Source of the DNA: Carpediemonas membranifera BICM
Taxonomy: Eukaryota; Protista; Fornicata
Length of the DNA: 64,000 nt
Assembly (NCBI GenBank): GCA_019828565.1
Contig: JAHDYR010000005.1
Location: 186,001-250,000, forward strand
Direction of reading: 5' to 3'
The notes under the pieces were generated by a model. It did no database searches, was not told where the DNA came from, and was given only the letters and a program-made list of their open reading frames with translations. The translations under genes and the position numbers were made by a program. Shown here piece after piece: positions 34,359 to 45,075 of the stretch (its first letter is position 1; each line of letters begins with the position of its first letter).

Positions 34359-35338
34359 TCATCCCAGCAGAGTTCCGAACTCGCATAGAACCGTCCCTGG
34401 AGCTGATAGGGAAGGCACAGACGACCAAGGAGGACATCATACGCGAGACCTTTGCTTTCAGAAAGTGGGCAACGGAGCCACGAGAGGAGGTCACCCTCCC
34501 GGCGGGACTGGAGAAGATTAGACAGGCCATCCGAGCTGTAGGTGACCCCCTTTGGGACTACATGACCCATGAAGCGCTCGAGATGAGCGGCGGAAGACTG
34601 ACCACCAAGTTCTCCCGCATCACCATAGGCCTGAGAGCCCTCGGCTCCCCTAGACGAGAGAACCCTTATGACAGCAAGGTCATCAAGGCGATCGCCAAGG
34701 AGGCATCAGCGTCGCTCGAGTCGCAGCTAAGAAGGACTGGCCGTGCCCTCCCCATCTCGTGGGCGCAGATATGCCATGCCATAGATCGATATGACGGAGA
34801 GCAGACGCCACAGTTGACACAGGCCATTGCCCTAGCGACCCTGACATTCTCGACGGTTTCCCGAATGGGTGAGATCTTGGCTCTGAGACGGAGCGACATC
34901 ACATGGGAGGGTGGTCACCTAATCATTCGACTGGAGAGAACAAAGACGCGGCAGAACGTCCTCAAGATGGTACCACAGAGTCGACGGGAGGAGCACTGTC
35001 CAACAGCCTGGTTGCTGCGGCACCTGAGTAACGTGAGAGACGGACCCCTGTGGAGAGGCGCTCCGCTGGCTGGAGTCACGATGGAACTAGCAGGCGGAAG
35101 ACTCTTGGAGAGAGCGATACTAAGATGGGAGGTCCAGGAGGACCTTACGGAGTTGCTTCATGTGCTAGTGACACTCCACTCCTTCAGACGAGGAGCAGTG
35201 GTTGCCATGATGAAGAAGGGGATACCAGTAACGGTTATACAGGCGCTTGGCACCTGGGCTTCCCAGGAGAGCGTACTTGCATATTGTGAAGAAGCCCTCA
35301 GACTGTCACCGGCTGTAGTGGACCTGACGATCGATTAG
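33152..35338 (+). CDS. DIRS E tyrosine recombinase, overlapping the RT ORF
   Basis: TVSRMGEI, RTKT, HSFRRG, GTW, LAYC. Confidence 0.88.
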   Translation: MDAIKASEVPRNDVELTIHDLRAPRRQTGQVSARSATTHESQALYQEGPSEAYREAEFHQIRHRRCRARHAAGADDFEFSPIEEEGLQVRTRDPQQRHQSGSSVVGDKTQDEMREPHDNTELRRESGVRRIRLSRRGRNLHGDRHTPDRSIPSAPPTHHRQGDTHGSARGQGSTAGGSTEHMARDRLISSEGLGAGQLNKSPEGGQTGGESPLASSYTSTSDAEDILLEGQHELECRLSVTPEHWIVCSLDGTRLSPVGDSSPVGHGGGGPDGLPLDGDDSERLDSWALPVDAPDEADRPGSAAACHDSSILNSTTSSADGGGLDHSPAGQSQLLCDVDGYVAAAKILQDQQDSVLGESHGEDPWSERVDERHVFLDRDFRAAGLVRRTGQPRVQRRPNRNLVIPAEFRTRIEPSLELIGKAQTTKEDIIRETFAFRKWATEPREEVTLPAGLEKIRQAIRAVGDPLWDYMTHEALEMSGGRLTTKFSRITIGLRALGSPRRENPYDSKVIKAIAKEASASLESQLRRTGRALPISWAQICHAIDRYDGEQTPQLTQAIALATLTFSTVSRMGEILALRRSDITWEGGHLIIRLERTKTRQNVLKMVPQSRREEHCPTAWLLRHLSNVRDGPLWRGAPLAGVTMELAGGRLLERAILRWEVQEDLTELLHVLVTLHSFRRGAVVAMMKKGIPVTVIQALGTWASQESVLAYCEEALRLSPAVVDLTID

Positions 35339-35870
35339 GGAACAGTCGTTGGCGTGGCGATGGGATGAAACATCTTCTGGGGGTTGTTAAAGGTAGAACA
35401 GTTGTAGTCGTGTGCAACACGATTCCGCACGGCTCCGGACACGGGCGTCCGCGGCCCGGCGCTCCCATCATGCGATCCCGCCCCCCGGTTGTGCGGGTCC
35501 TACGACCCCACCGGGGCGCCCCGGCGGTCGGACGACGCCCGGCCAGGTGGACCAATTCCATCCCCAGGTTTGGCCGATGTCCGTGTCTGACTTGGCAGAC
35601 GCCTCGGCTGTCTAGCCAAACCTAACGGGGCCATCCCGGACGCTGCCGAAACGGTTGTAATCTTTATCTGTGTGGCTTCACGCCACCCAGCCGAACGCTT
35701 GTCCAACTGGGGTTCGCCTCTCCGTGGGGCAGGCTCTGCGGCCTTGGCAGGGCAGTGCAACTTCTGACGTCCCTGGTCCTGGCGCACGAATGCTGTGCGT
35801 CTTCTGCCGTGTGTTATCCGACTTGCCCTCATGGGCGTGGCTCTCCTTGGGCCGGTCGGGCGGCATATAT

Positions 35871-36908
35871 TTATGAGGTCACCCCTGTGCTCAGCGTGCG
35901 CAGGTTGTCGGTGATGAGTGCTCGGTCCACGGGCTCGTATGGCATAGTCATGAGGGCCGTCGCCTCCACCCGGATTTTGTCCTCCACATATCTGATGAGC
36001 GACTTTGTTGTGGCCCACGTGCCGAGGGCTGCAACGACCGGGACTGGCACCCCGGACAGTATCAGGTCGGCTGCACCTCCTCTGCGCAGTCCGTGTGGGG
36101 TCGAGTCGAACAGGCGCGTGACTTGTGTGAGGACGTCCTTGGACCACAGGCGTTTGCCGGCCCTCGCCCGGAGGCGCATGTAGAGCCAGAGGGCCGGTGA
36201 GAGGGGGTGTCCTTGGATCTCTGGCACACGCTTGTGGATGTTGGTGCGGCCTGTCTTCGTGCGCCTGATGCAGATCACCAGGCCACGGCTGTCCGAGGTA
36301 ACGTCATGGCTTGTGAGTCCCGCGATCTCTCACGGCCTGGAGACCGTTGCGTGGCAGATGAGGGCGAATGTGATCGCCTCTTTCCACCATCTCGTGGACC
36401 TGTCGATGGGGTCTGTATCGACGACGACGCGGGCGATGTCTTGCAGCCTGATCGCTGGTGCTGGTCCGCGCGGTCGGCCGGTGGCCTCCTTTGCTACCGC
36501 GAACACCACTTGGTGTGCGTACGTCGGGAGTTGCAGGCCGATGAGGTGGCCGTGGCGCTCTATTTGCGAGAATTTGGCCTGAAGTGACGTCTTGCCGATC
36601 GAATGTGCTTGTTCTTCCGCCCATTGCTGGCATTCCTGCTCTGTAGGGTTCAATGAGGTGTTGGCGACAAAGCTTGCGATGTTGCCTGCAATGGCGCGGC
36701 GGTATGGCGCAGAAAGCAGCAGTAACGCCTTGTATTCGACTATTGACTTGAAATTGTTGTCATTGTCGGGACGAATAGCGCTAAGAGCCGAACTTTGCCG
36801 TTTGCCTCGACTTTCTGGAGCTCCGAGTCGATGAACTCGCAGGTTGGAATCACGAACCTCCTGCGGTGCGTCGCCAATCGCTTGAGCCCACTCACGGCTG
36901 GGCTCCAT
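35871..36908 (-). pseudogene. Tyrosine recombinase of 5'-truncated DIRS-like element H (frameshift near 36330)
   Basis: HATVSRP, RTKT, HGLRRG, GTW, IRYV. Confidence 0.82.
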
Positions 36909-37052
36909 ATGTCCGGTATAACGAGTGTGGCTGCTGACCGAACGGAGTGGGGGTCGGCGCAGCTGCCCCCTGATGAAATTCGAAGTAGCTTGGCGTGCAC
37001 ACGGCGCCGATCAATGTGCACTTTAGGTCACACTTCGAAACGCATCGGCAGG

Positions 37053-37535
37053 ATGTCTGATAACGAAGACCTGCCGCCGCAAGACAGTCCCGATGAGCTT
37101 AACAAGCGTATCGAGAAGCTGGAGCGCTTGGTTAAGATACAATCGGAAGCAATTTTGGAGCAGCAAGCAGAAGCAGCTCGCCGTCCACTGTTCCTGGAGA
37201 TGCCAAAGAGGTTCGGCCTCGAAGATGAGGCCAGATTCGTATACAAGACCATGAATAGGATCGAGAACGGCGCAAAGATGAAGGAGATCGGGAACATTCT
37301 CTTTGCAAGAATCCAGTACCTTCTAATCAAGGACGTGTACACTGACGCTACTGCAGAGCGGTTCGAGAACTATTGCAAGGCGAAGGGCGTGCCTGATCGC
37401 GACGAGGTCCTGGAACTGGCGGCCCGCGCCAAGTCTAAGGGCGATAAGCGCGACGCTAATTTTCGCCGCGGTGGCCGCGCTCAGGACCGAGGTCGCACTC
37501 AGACAGGATCCTCCGGCAAGAGAGCCCACACCTAA
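37053..37535 (+). CDS. DIRS F ORF1 (gag-like)
   Basis: LEMPKRFGLEDEARF...LLIKDVY homologous to ORF1 of A and G. Confidence 0.75.
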   Translation: MSDNEDLPPQDSPDELNKRIEKLERLVKIQSEAILEQQAEAARRPLFLEMPKRFGLEDEARFVYKTMNRIENGAKMKEIGNILFARIQYLLIKDVYTDATAERFENYCKAKGVPDRDEVLELAARAKSKGDKRDANFRRGGRAQDRGRTQTGSSGKRAHT

Positions 37536-40221
37536 CCCTCTTTCCATGCATGAACGCGGCGTGGAGGGAGTGGCAGAGGTTGGGAGCATCACAACGGGTG
37601 ATCAACTGGTTACGATACGGGGTCGAGATCCGTCTGAGAAGTCAACCACCAGCACCAAGGCAACAGCCGACAGTCGACCCATTCATTGTCCAGCAGATTC
37701 CTTCCTTGATAGAGACAGGCGTCATAGAGCAAGTGAATCCCTCTTCCCTGCGACACACCGCCTCGCTGTTTACTGTGCCGAAGGGCGAGTCGAAGAGGAT
37801 CATTCACAACCTCACGATACTGAACGACTGCTCGGCATAGCGCTCATCCTTCCGGCTCTTCGGTCTGCGCAGAGCTCTCTCCCTTCTCCAGAGGGGCGAC
37901 TGGATGGTCAAGTTCGACCTCAAGTCCGGGTACCATCAAGTACCAGTACGGAAGGAGGACCGCAAGCTGCTAGGAGTCTATCTTCCAGACGGACGAGCGT
38001 TTCAGTACAGAGTGCTAGGCTTCGGCTGGCGCGCATCGCCGTTCGTGTTTCAGACGATCACCAACCAACTCGCCAAGATACTAGCCCTTCGGACGGGTCT
38101 TACCATCGTTGTCTACCTCGACGACTTCCTCTTATTTCACCACGACCGAGAAATCCTGAGGAGGGCGGTGCCGCGCATCAGGCGGACTCTAGCCGACCTC
38201 TGTGTCCTCACCTCAGAGGAGAAGTCAGAATGGGCACCGACTCAGTCATTGGTCTATCTGGGGCTCGTGATAGACTCCGCGAGTTTTACAATACGCCTCC
38301 CGGCGGACAAGGCCAAACGTTACTCCTCTCACATTCATCAGGCTCTGGCAGGCAAGACCATCGATCAGGAGACTTGGGCCAAGATCCTCGGGAGACTGAA
38401 TTACTTCGCTACAACCGCCCACGGGGCTTTCCTCCGGCTGAGACACCTTCGACAGGACCCACTCTCCAAGGAGCTACTGCAAGAGTGGCTGCTACTGCTA
38501 AGAGAGCGCCCAGTCCGAGACATCAGAGAGCTTCAGTCGCTTTGGGGCGCTCACCCCTCCTTAGACCTCGTCGTATCGACAGACGCATCTGGAGTCAAGT
38601 GGGGAGCAGCCGTGCACGGCGAGTACGGGACCTCAGCCTCGGGCACGTTCACTCCAGAACTAAGAGCAGAATCTATCAACGTGAAGGAGCTCGCGGGAAT
38701 CCTACAGGGCATCCGTCTGATCGGCAGACAGAGTTCCCAACGCGAGCTATCGATCTTCTCAGACAACACATCAGCTCTGGCCTGGCTCAACAAGGCGGGG
38801 TCTACGAAGGCTCCACCTCAGGCCCTGCACATTCTAGCCCAGATCCAGAAGGAGGCGGAGGACCGGAACCTGACACTCCGTGGACTACACACTCCGGGCA
38901 TCATCAACCTGGCAGCAGATCGGCTGTCCAGAGACTTCTCACGACTCCCTTCCTCTCTGGAGTCCAGCATGGAATCTGTCCTCGCGGAGTGGGGTCCAGT
39001 CCAGACAGTCTCAACGGACGTAGACGTAAGGCTTGGATGTCGCGTCCTCTGGGCCCCCAATTCGTCTATGGCAGCCATAGTCCAGAAGATAGCGACAGCG
39101 AGAGTTCAGACTCAGACTGGACACCCGAGGTCTTGGACCTCAGCAGTCTTTCTCCTCTACCCAGAGGTTCAAGCGCCGGAGATGAGACTCCTCAAGAGTT
39201 GGACGTCCTGGAAACTCCGTCTCTCCGTCCCGGCTTCGAGCTCAGATCTGGCCCACCTACTTCACCTACAGGACAGAGGACGCCTACGGTTCAATGTGAT
39301 GGCGTTCAGGACGTTTTCCACAGAGTCCTCAGGTCGGACAGAGTGATTCACCTTAATCATGCGTCTGCTCGGACGGTGGCCGGCTGGGTGGCCAGGTTCG
39401 AAGGCTCTCGCGATCGCAGCCTGTCGGATCGAGACCAGCTTGTAGCCTTCCTCAAGGACGAAGGCTCCTTCTGCGGGCCATCGAACGTGGCGAGGAAGGG
39501 CTACTGGATTGTTCAGCTACAGGAGTTCCTCAAAGACTGGCATCCGCCCGCCAACTCCAAGTACATCGTTAAGCAGGCGGCTAAGGGCGCCAGCACGGCG
39601 GGAACTACCGGCGGCTCGCGCGCCATCACCAAGGCTGAGATGATCGAGGCACTGGGGCGCCGGAGTGACGACTTTGAGTCATATCAGGCATGTCTCTTTG
39701 GGGCAGTCGCCTATCTGACGGTGTCCAGAGGCATCGAGATACTCTCCCTATGCCCGGCCGACCTGGAGCTACTCAAGAACGGCGACATTCTCCTACACAT
39801 TCAGCGGACCAAGACCATCCTAACGGGAGTTAAGAAGCGCGTACCATACGTATGGCTATCAGCCGCCTTCAACCCGGCCTTGGCACTTAGACGCTGGGTC
39901 GAGGGCACACACTACCTGGCTGATGACACCCCCATCTGGCGAGTCATAGTCAACGGGCGCCTGAGCAGAGACAAACCGCTCACAGCCGCACACCTCCGAC
40001 GAGTCGTGAAGGCGTTGTTCGGTCCACGGAAGGGTCTCCACAGCTTCCGTAAGGGGGCAGCGTCGGAGATGGCTCTCTCAGGAGTCCCGCTGGAGGTGAT
40101 CCTCTCAATGGGCACATGGAAGGACGTCACCTCCCTCCGCAGCTATGTCGCTGACGCCATCAGAACAAACGAGGACCTCACCAGGAGGATGAACCTCAGC
40201 CTTCTCGGGCCCCACTTTTAA
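37471..40221 (+). CDS. DIRS F tyrosine recombinase ORF (916 codons), fully overlapping RT
   Basis: TVSRGIEI, RTKT, HSFRKG, GTW, RSYV in the C-terminal ~300 aa. Confidence 0.85.
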   Translation: MAALRTEVALRQDPPAREPTPNPLSMHERGVEGVAEVGSITTGDQLVTIRGRDPSEKSTTSTKATADSRPIHCPADSFLDRDRRHRASESLFPATHRLAVYCAEGRVEEDHSQPHDTERLLGIALILPALRSAQSSLPSPEGRLDGQVRPQVRVPSSTSTEGGPQAARSLSSRRTSVSVQSARLRLARIAVRVSDDHQPTRQDTSPSDGSYHRCLPRRLPLISPRPRNPEEGGAAHQADSSRPLCPHLRGEVRMGTDSVIGLSGARDRLREFYNTPPGGQGQTLLLSHSSGSGRQDHRSGDLGQDPRETELLRYNRPRGFPPAETPSTGPTLQGATARVAATAKRAPSPRHQRASVALGRSPLLRPRRIDRRIWSQVGSSRARRVRDLSLGHVHSRTKSRIYQREGARGNPTGHPSDRQTEFPTRAIDLLRQHISSGLAQQGGVYEGSTSGPAHSSPDPEGGGGPEPDTPWTTHSGHHQPGSRSAVQRLLTTPFLSGVQHGICPRGVGSSPDSLNGRRRKAWMSRPLGPQFVYGSHSPEDSDSESSDSDWTPEVLDLSSLSPLPRGSSAGDETPQELDVLETPSLRPGFELRSGPPTSPTGQRTPTVQCDGVQDVFHRVLRSDRVIHLNHASARTVAGWVARFEGSRDRSLSDRDQLVAFLKDEGSFCGPSNVARKGYWIVQLQEFLKDWHPPANSKYIVKQAAKGASTAGTTGGSRAITKAEMIEALGRRSDDFESYQACLFGAVAYLTVSRGIEILSLCPADLELLKNGDILLHIQRTKTILTGVKKRVPYVWLSAAFNPALALRRWVEGTHYLADDTPIWRVIVNGRLSRDKPLTAAHLRRVVKALFGPRKGLHSFRKGAASEMALSGVPLEVILSMGTWKDVTSLRSYVADAIRTNEDLTRRMNLSLLGPHF
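37550..39346 (+). pseudogene. DIRS F RT-RNase H with in-frame TAG at 37838-37840
   Basis: The 96-aa and 480-aa ORFs share a frame; DLKSGYHQ, YLDD, TDAS, SDN, ADRLSR. Confidence 0.88.
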
Positions 40222-41087
40222 CCACCCCCTCCATTAAACATCCGCGTTCGAGGGGAACGGCCGAGGCGAGATAGACTCGCCGGCCCAAAGCCTTAGTCCC
40301 ACAGGGACGTCTTGCGGGATTGTCCCATTTTGGTTGGATTTAAGAGGAGGGCTCTCTGTTATAGAGCCACACTTTGTGGAAAGAATGTCATGAGGCTAGG
40401 ATAGCTAGCTAGGAGAGTACCACTCGAGCCCATTGGCACCCGGGGTGCTGAGACGCCCGAGAGGGCGCACGGAAACGTGCAGTTTATGGCATCAGAATTT
40501 CGAATGCCCGAAGGCACATCGGGCACGTCCGCAGAACCTCCTGTATCCCAGGAAGAGTTCCGAAAGTTTACCAACAACGTAACTGCCACATTGGAGTTCA
40601 TGAAAACGAAGATGGAGAACATCGAGGAAAGATCCATCCAGAGGGAGGTAGAACAAGAAGAGTACGAGCTAGAAACCGATGAGCAAGCAACCCAGGGAAC
40701 CTTCCAAGGCTTTCCGTCCTTCTTGTTCGATTTGGAGCTCCCCAAGAGGTACGGGCCCCGCGACGAAGCCAAGTTCCTACGCGAGATCATGCGTCTCCTG
40801 ACGACCGCGGACCCGCACTCACTCGACGTGAACGATCTACTGCTCCGTCTCCTGAGCCGGTTCAAGGTCCTTCTCCTCAAGGACGACTACGACGACAACG
40901 TCTGTGACTACGCCACTGCAGCCCTGCGAGCCACGCCCCCGAAGTCTGAGATGGAGATCGAGACGATCCTCGCTAAGGCCAAGACTAAGGGCAAGCGTAA
41001 GCGTCGGAATTTTCAGGAGCAGGGCTCCAGCAGCGTCGGCCGCCGGGCCCGCTCCTAATATTCCCATCAACCCGTTCGCGATGGCGG

Positions 41088-42988
41088 GTGTGGGAACAAT
41101 TCAGGGTAGCTCCAGCAGTAGTAGCGCGGGTCCGAGACGGAATCCCCGTCGAGATCACAGCGCCTCCACCACCGGCAGCCCCACAGAGGACCATCGACCC
41201 GAGGATACTTCCGAAGCTCGAATCAATGACACAACAAGGAATCATCGAGCCGACGCCCCTCAGTCAGCTCAAGCACAGCGCCCCGCTGTTTGCTGTCCCC
41301 AAGGGGGAAGACATAAGAGTGATCCACGACCTGAGGCGGCTGAACACGGTCACACGCGAACGCCGCTCCTTCCGTCTGTTCGGCATACGTCGTGCCATCA
41401 ACACACTCTCCAGCCAGGCCTGGATGGCCAAGATAGACCTAAGATCCGGCTACTCACAGCTGGCCATCAGAGACTCGGACAAACCGCTCCTGGGCATCGC
41501 TCTGCCCGACGGTCGGGCGTTCCAATACCGCACGCTAGGCTTCGGTTGGACCGCCGCGCCTTATTTCTTCCAGTCCGCTATGGTCCAGGTAGCAAAGGTC
41601 ATCGCCCTCCGCCACAAGGTAATCGTCAACGTCTACCTCGACGACTTCTTACTGTCAGCCGACAGCAGAGACCACCTCAGCAAGGAAATACCCAAGATCA
41701 TCAAGACGATGGAGGCACTGGGTCTCATCCCGTCGCTGGAGAAGTGCATCTTAACACCGTGCCAGTGCATAGAATTCCTTGGCCTGCTCCTGAACACCAC
41801 GTCCAACACCATCCGTCTCCCCGCCGACAAGGCCAAGAGGTACGCAGAGGCCCTATCAGAAGCACTCGTCAAGAAGCGCATCCGCGCGAAAGACTGGGCG
41901 AAGATCGTAGGCAAGCTCTCCTTCTTCGCCACCTCTGCAAGACGGGCTACCCTGAAGCTCCGCACGCTCCCCTCTGCCACGGAGAACTGGGTCGACATCC
42001 ACCCCTACACAGCAGACCTCAAGGAGTGGCTGCAGCTCCTGGCCGTCCGACCAACCCGCTCCTTCGCCGAGTTGAAGAACCTATGGTCTCAGGACCAGCA
42101 ACTAGAGCTGATTATTTCCACAGATGCGTCGGGCACAGGCTGGGGAGCCCAGTGGACCAACACGTCCGCGAACTCCCACGGTTCTTTCAAGGGCGCACTG
42201 GCGGAACAATCTATCAACGTGAAGGAGCTCGCCGCAGTCCTCTTTGGCTCACGCATCATACCAGCACAGGACTCAGAGCGCAATCTCACGGTCTTCTCAG
42301 ACAACAGCTCGTGCGTCGCCTGGATCAACAAGGAGGGCAGCTCAAAGGCCCCCCGATGGCGCTACAGACACTCAGGATACTCTACAAGGAGATGGAACGC
42401 AAGAAGCTCCTCATACACGCTCGACACACCCCAGGCCACCTCAATCTCGCCGCAGACCGACTGTCACGCGGGTTGTCCACCCCACCCCACGTGCTGGAGA
42501 CAATTCTCGAGACTTGGGGCCCCGTCGACGTGGACGCTACAGCACACCCAGACCGCACTCTACGCCTCCCAGGGTTTACCATCGAACACTGGCCGGACGG
42601 CCTGTTCAGGGACTGGCGCGGACACCGCGTTTATGCCGCGCCACACCCGTCCCCGATGACCTTGGGACGGACATGGCAGACCCTCCTACCGATCTTAACG
42701 ACCCCGACTACATCCCCTCCGAACTCGTGGACCTCAGCATGCTTCCTCGTCGTGCCAGACATTACGAGCCCCGAACTCCAACAACTCAAGGCGCACGCGA
42801 CATGCAAGATTCCCTTCTCAGTACCGAAAGACGACTTCGCATCAGAGGACCAACAACTCCTAGACCGTCTCTCCAGGCCAAACGGGACCATCCGCTTCAT
42901 AGCTCTCGCCTTCAGGACACGTTCTCCAGAATCCTGCAGCACCCAATACTGTCTCACATGCGCCGAGACGAGTCCAAGCGCTCAGTAG
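41088..42988 (+). CDS. DIRS G RT-RNase H-methyltransferase-like (frameshift near 42350)
   Basis: DLRSGY, YLDD, TDAS, SDN, then WGPVDVDATA..DGLFRDWRGHRVYAAPHP. Confidence 0.85.
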
Positions 42989-43733
42989 CCGGATGGATTA
43001 CAGCATTCCTTGAGTACCGCGACCCACACGAGGACGACACCGATGAGTACCGAGCCTTCCTGGAGGACGAGGCCGAGTATAATGCACCAGCCACGGTCGA
43101 TCGAAAGGGATACTGGATCGAGAAGGCCGCCCCACTCTTTTCCGACTGGACCCCCAGCACCTACTGTCCACAAATCAGAAGAGGCATAGCAGACAACGCC
43201 AACACCACCGGCATGACAGGCGGGTCAGCCCCAGTCACAAGGGAGGACATGATCAGGGCCATCAAGTCCAGGAACAGCGACATCGCGACGTACCAAGCGA
43301 CACTATTCGCCGCGATTGCTTACCTGACCGTGAGCCGCGGAGCTGAAATCTTCAACCTGACGAGCGCTGACATCGTGTTCAAGGCAAACGGGGACGCCCA
43401 GCTGCTCCTTGGTCGCACAAAGACGCTTGCAAAGGTCACTAAGTCACTACCCAACACCCTACTAGGCCCATTCAACCCAGCGCTGGCCCTGAAGAGATGG
43501 GTACGAGGCTTGAACCTTCCACCGGACGCCTGCATCTGGCGCGCGATCACATCCTCATCGAAGGTCAGCCGTAAGACCCCGTGCACAATGCGACGTATGC
43601 GAGAGGAGCTACGCACAGTCTTCCACGACAACAGGATTGGCCTACACAGCTTCCGCAAGGGAGCGGCTTCCGAACTGGCACTAGCAGGCACACCGATAGA
43701 GACCTTACTCCAACTCGGAACCTGGGCTAACGG
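42244..43733 (+). pseudogene. DIRS G tyrosine recombinase, truncated before the catalytic Tyr
   Basis: TVSRGAEI, RTKT, HSFRKG, GTW, then LTR sequence. Confidence 0.85.
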
Positions 43734-45075
43734 TGTGGTGGTCATAGACCACACTAATAATTTATACAGTTTAAGCCATTTATTGGCACAAGGGTTTTCT
43801 CTTCTTCTTTCCCTGTAAAAGCATTCTCCGCATTAGCGAGGCACATTAACGTTAATTCCCCTCAAATGCTGAAGAAATCCGATCCCCCGTTGCTGAAGTC
43901 GCCAGATCTGAACGAACTGTTCATCTTTGTGGGCAAGTTCAACGATTACCGCGCCTTAGGGGGCAAGCGAGGCATTGAGAAGCTAATCGACAGCGAGGTT
44001 CGGGAGATGGTGACAGCAATCCTACCAGCGGACGATCTTGACGACGCGGAGGAAGAGATCCCTCTCCTCCTTAATCAACATCATCGTGCCGCTCGCTCCA
44101 GAGCCCAGAAGGACCTCAAGATCATCAAGCGCCTAGAACGCACTCTCAGACCTACTCAAGAAGTCAACAAGCTCCGTCTCTTTAGAATCACCGCCAAGGA
44201 CTTCTCCCCTATCGAAGTCGCTCGCGTCAACAAGAAGTTCCGTATTATTATGGCAGTCGTCCAACCCGAGTTCCCCCTCGAGACACTACGCGACATATAC
44301 GTTCGTTGTTTCAAGTTCGGATCCAACCAGACGATGTACCGCATCAAGGAGGTGATCCAGGACATGTCGCTAGAAGATGCCATGCCGCGCGTTCTAGCCC
44401 TATCCAGAACAGTCCAAGAGAGCACCGCGATCGCCAACGCGTTCCAGGACAAGCCGTCCAACGCCGAGCACCACCACACGAGCCGTAACTCCCACCGACG
44501 CAACGATCGCAAGCCTCAGTCACGTCCCACCGAAGACCGTTCGCATGCTAACAGACCTGAACACGCGTCGACTAAGCCTATCGACAAGAAGGGCAGACGT
44601 GATCATTCACAGTTCACTTGCTATAACTGTGGTGGTAAGGGTCACGCCGTCTACGAGTGTAAGAAGCCCAAGAACAAGTGTCAGAAGTGCGGGAAGAGCG
44701 GACACCTTGACAGGTTCTGTAAATCCCCACAGTACTTGTCCTTGTTCTCGATGACTTCACACAAACGCAAAGATAGCCTACCTCTGTGCAAAGTTAAGGT
44801 CGAGGGTCGAGACGTCGTTGCCTTGATTGATTCGGGAGCCAACTGCTCCACTATATCCCCCAAGCTGACCAAGGGTATGACGCGAATATCAGATGAAGAG
44901 CGAAGCGTGCGTACAGCCAAGGGAACTATACAGTCCCAAGGTTCCGTGCAAGGGAACATCAAACTCATGCCGTCAGCCTTTACACCTAAGGCAGTGTCCT
45001 TCAAGCCGGAGTTGATTGTGCTAGATACTGAGTTCGACGTCGTACCCTCACCTCGTCGAGCTGGGAATCCTCCCC
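43734..45075 (+). mobile_element. 5' part of Ty3/Gypsy family J: 112-bp LTR (43734-43845) and gag-protease from 43866
   Basis: TGTGG...GCACA segment starts where the YR breaks; two CCHC knuckles; LIDSGA; no partner LTR in the window. Confidence 0.8.

Larger units (their letters stand above)
22430..35400 (+). mobile_element. DIRS-like YR retrotransposon E, interrupted by Gypsy C; ends approximate
   Basis: gag 22916-23159 + 32094-32353 rejoins as TAKAMIDKRL...CTVCRRRGHSAHEC; intact RT-RH and YR ORFs follow. Confidence 0.85.
37019..40380 (+). mobile_element. DIRS-like YR retrotransposon F; left end approximate
   Basis: ORF1, RT-RH and overlapping YR ORF; 3' end defined by comparison with the copy at 13061-13609. 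Confidence 0.85.
40381..43733 (+). mobile_element. DIRS-like YR retrotransposon G (related to A), 3' end cut by an LTR
   Basis: ORF1 40477-41058; RT-RH-MT 41088-42988 and YR to 43733 with one shared frameshift near 42350; breaks at GTWANG. Confidence 0.88.

Noticed and set aside
37838-37840. Stop-codon readthrough or alternative genetic code
   Set aside because: A single TAG aligned to Glu in family G, while TAG and TAA end other ORFs normally; a point mutation is simpler.
20940-43733. Prophage or bacterial integrases
   Set aside because: The YRs are linked to gag-like and RT-RNase H ORFs in DIRS arrangement, and the context is eukaryotic.
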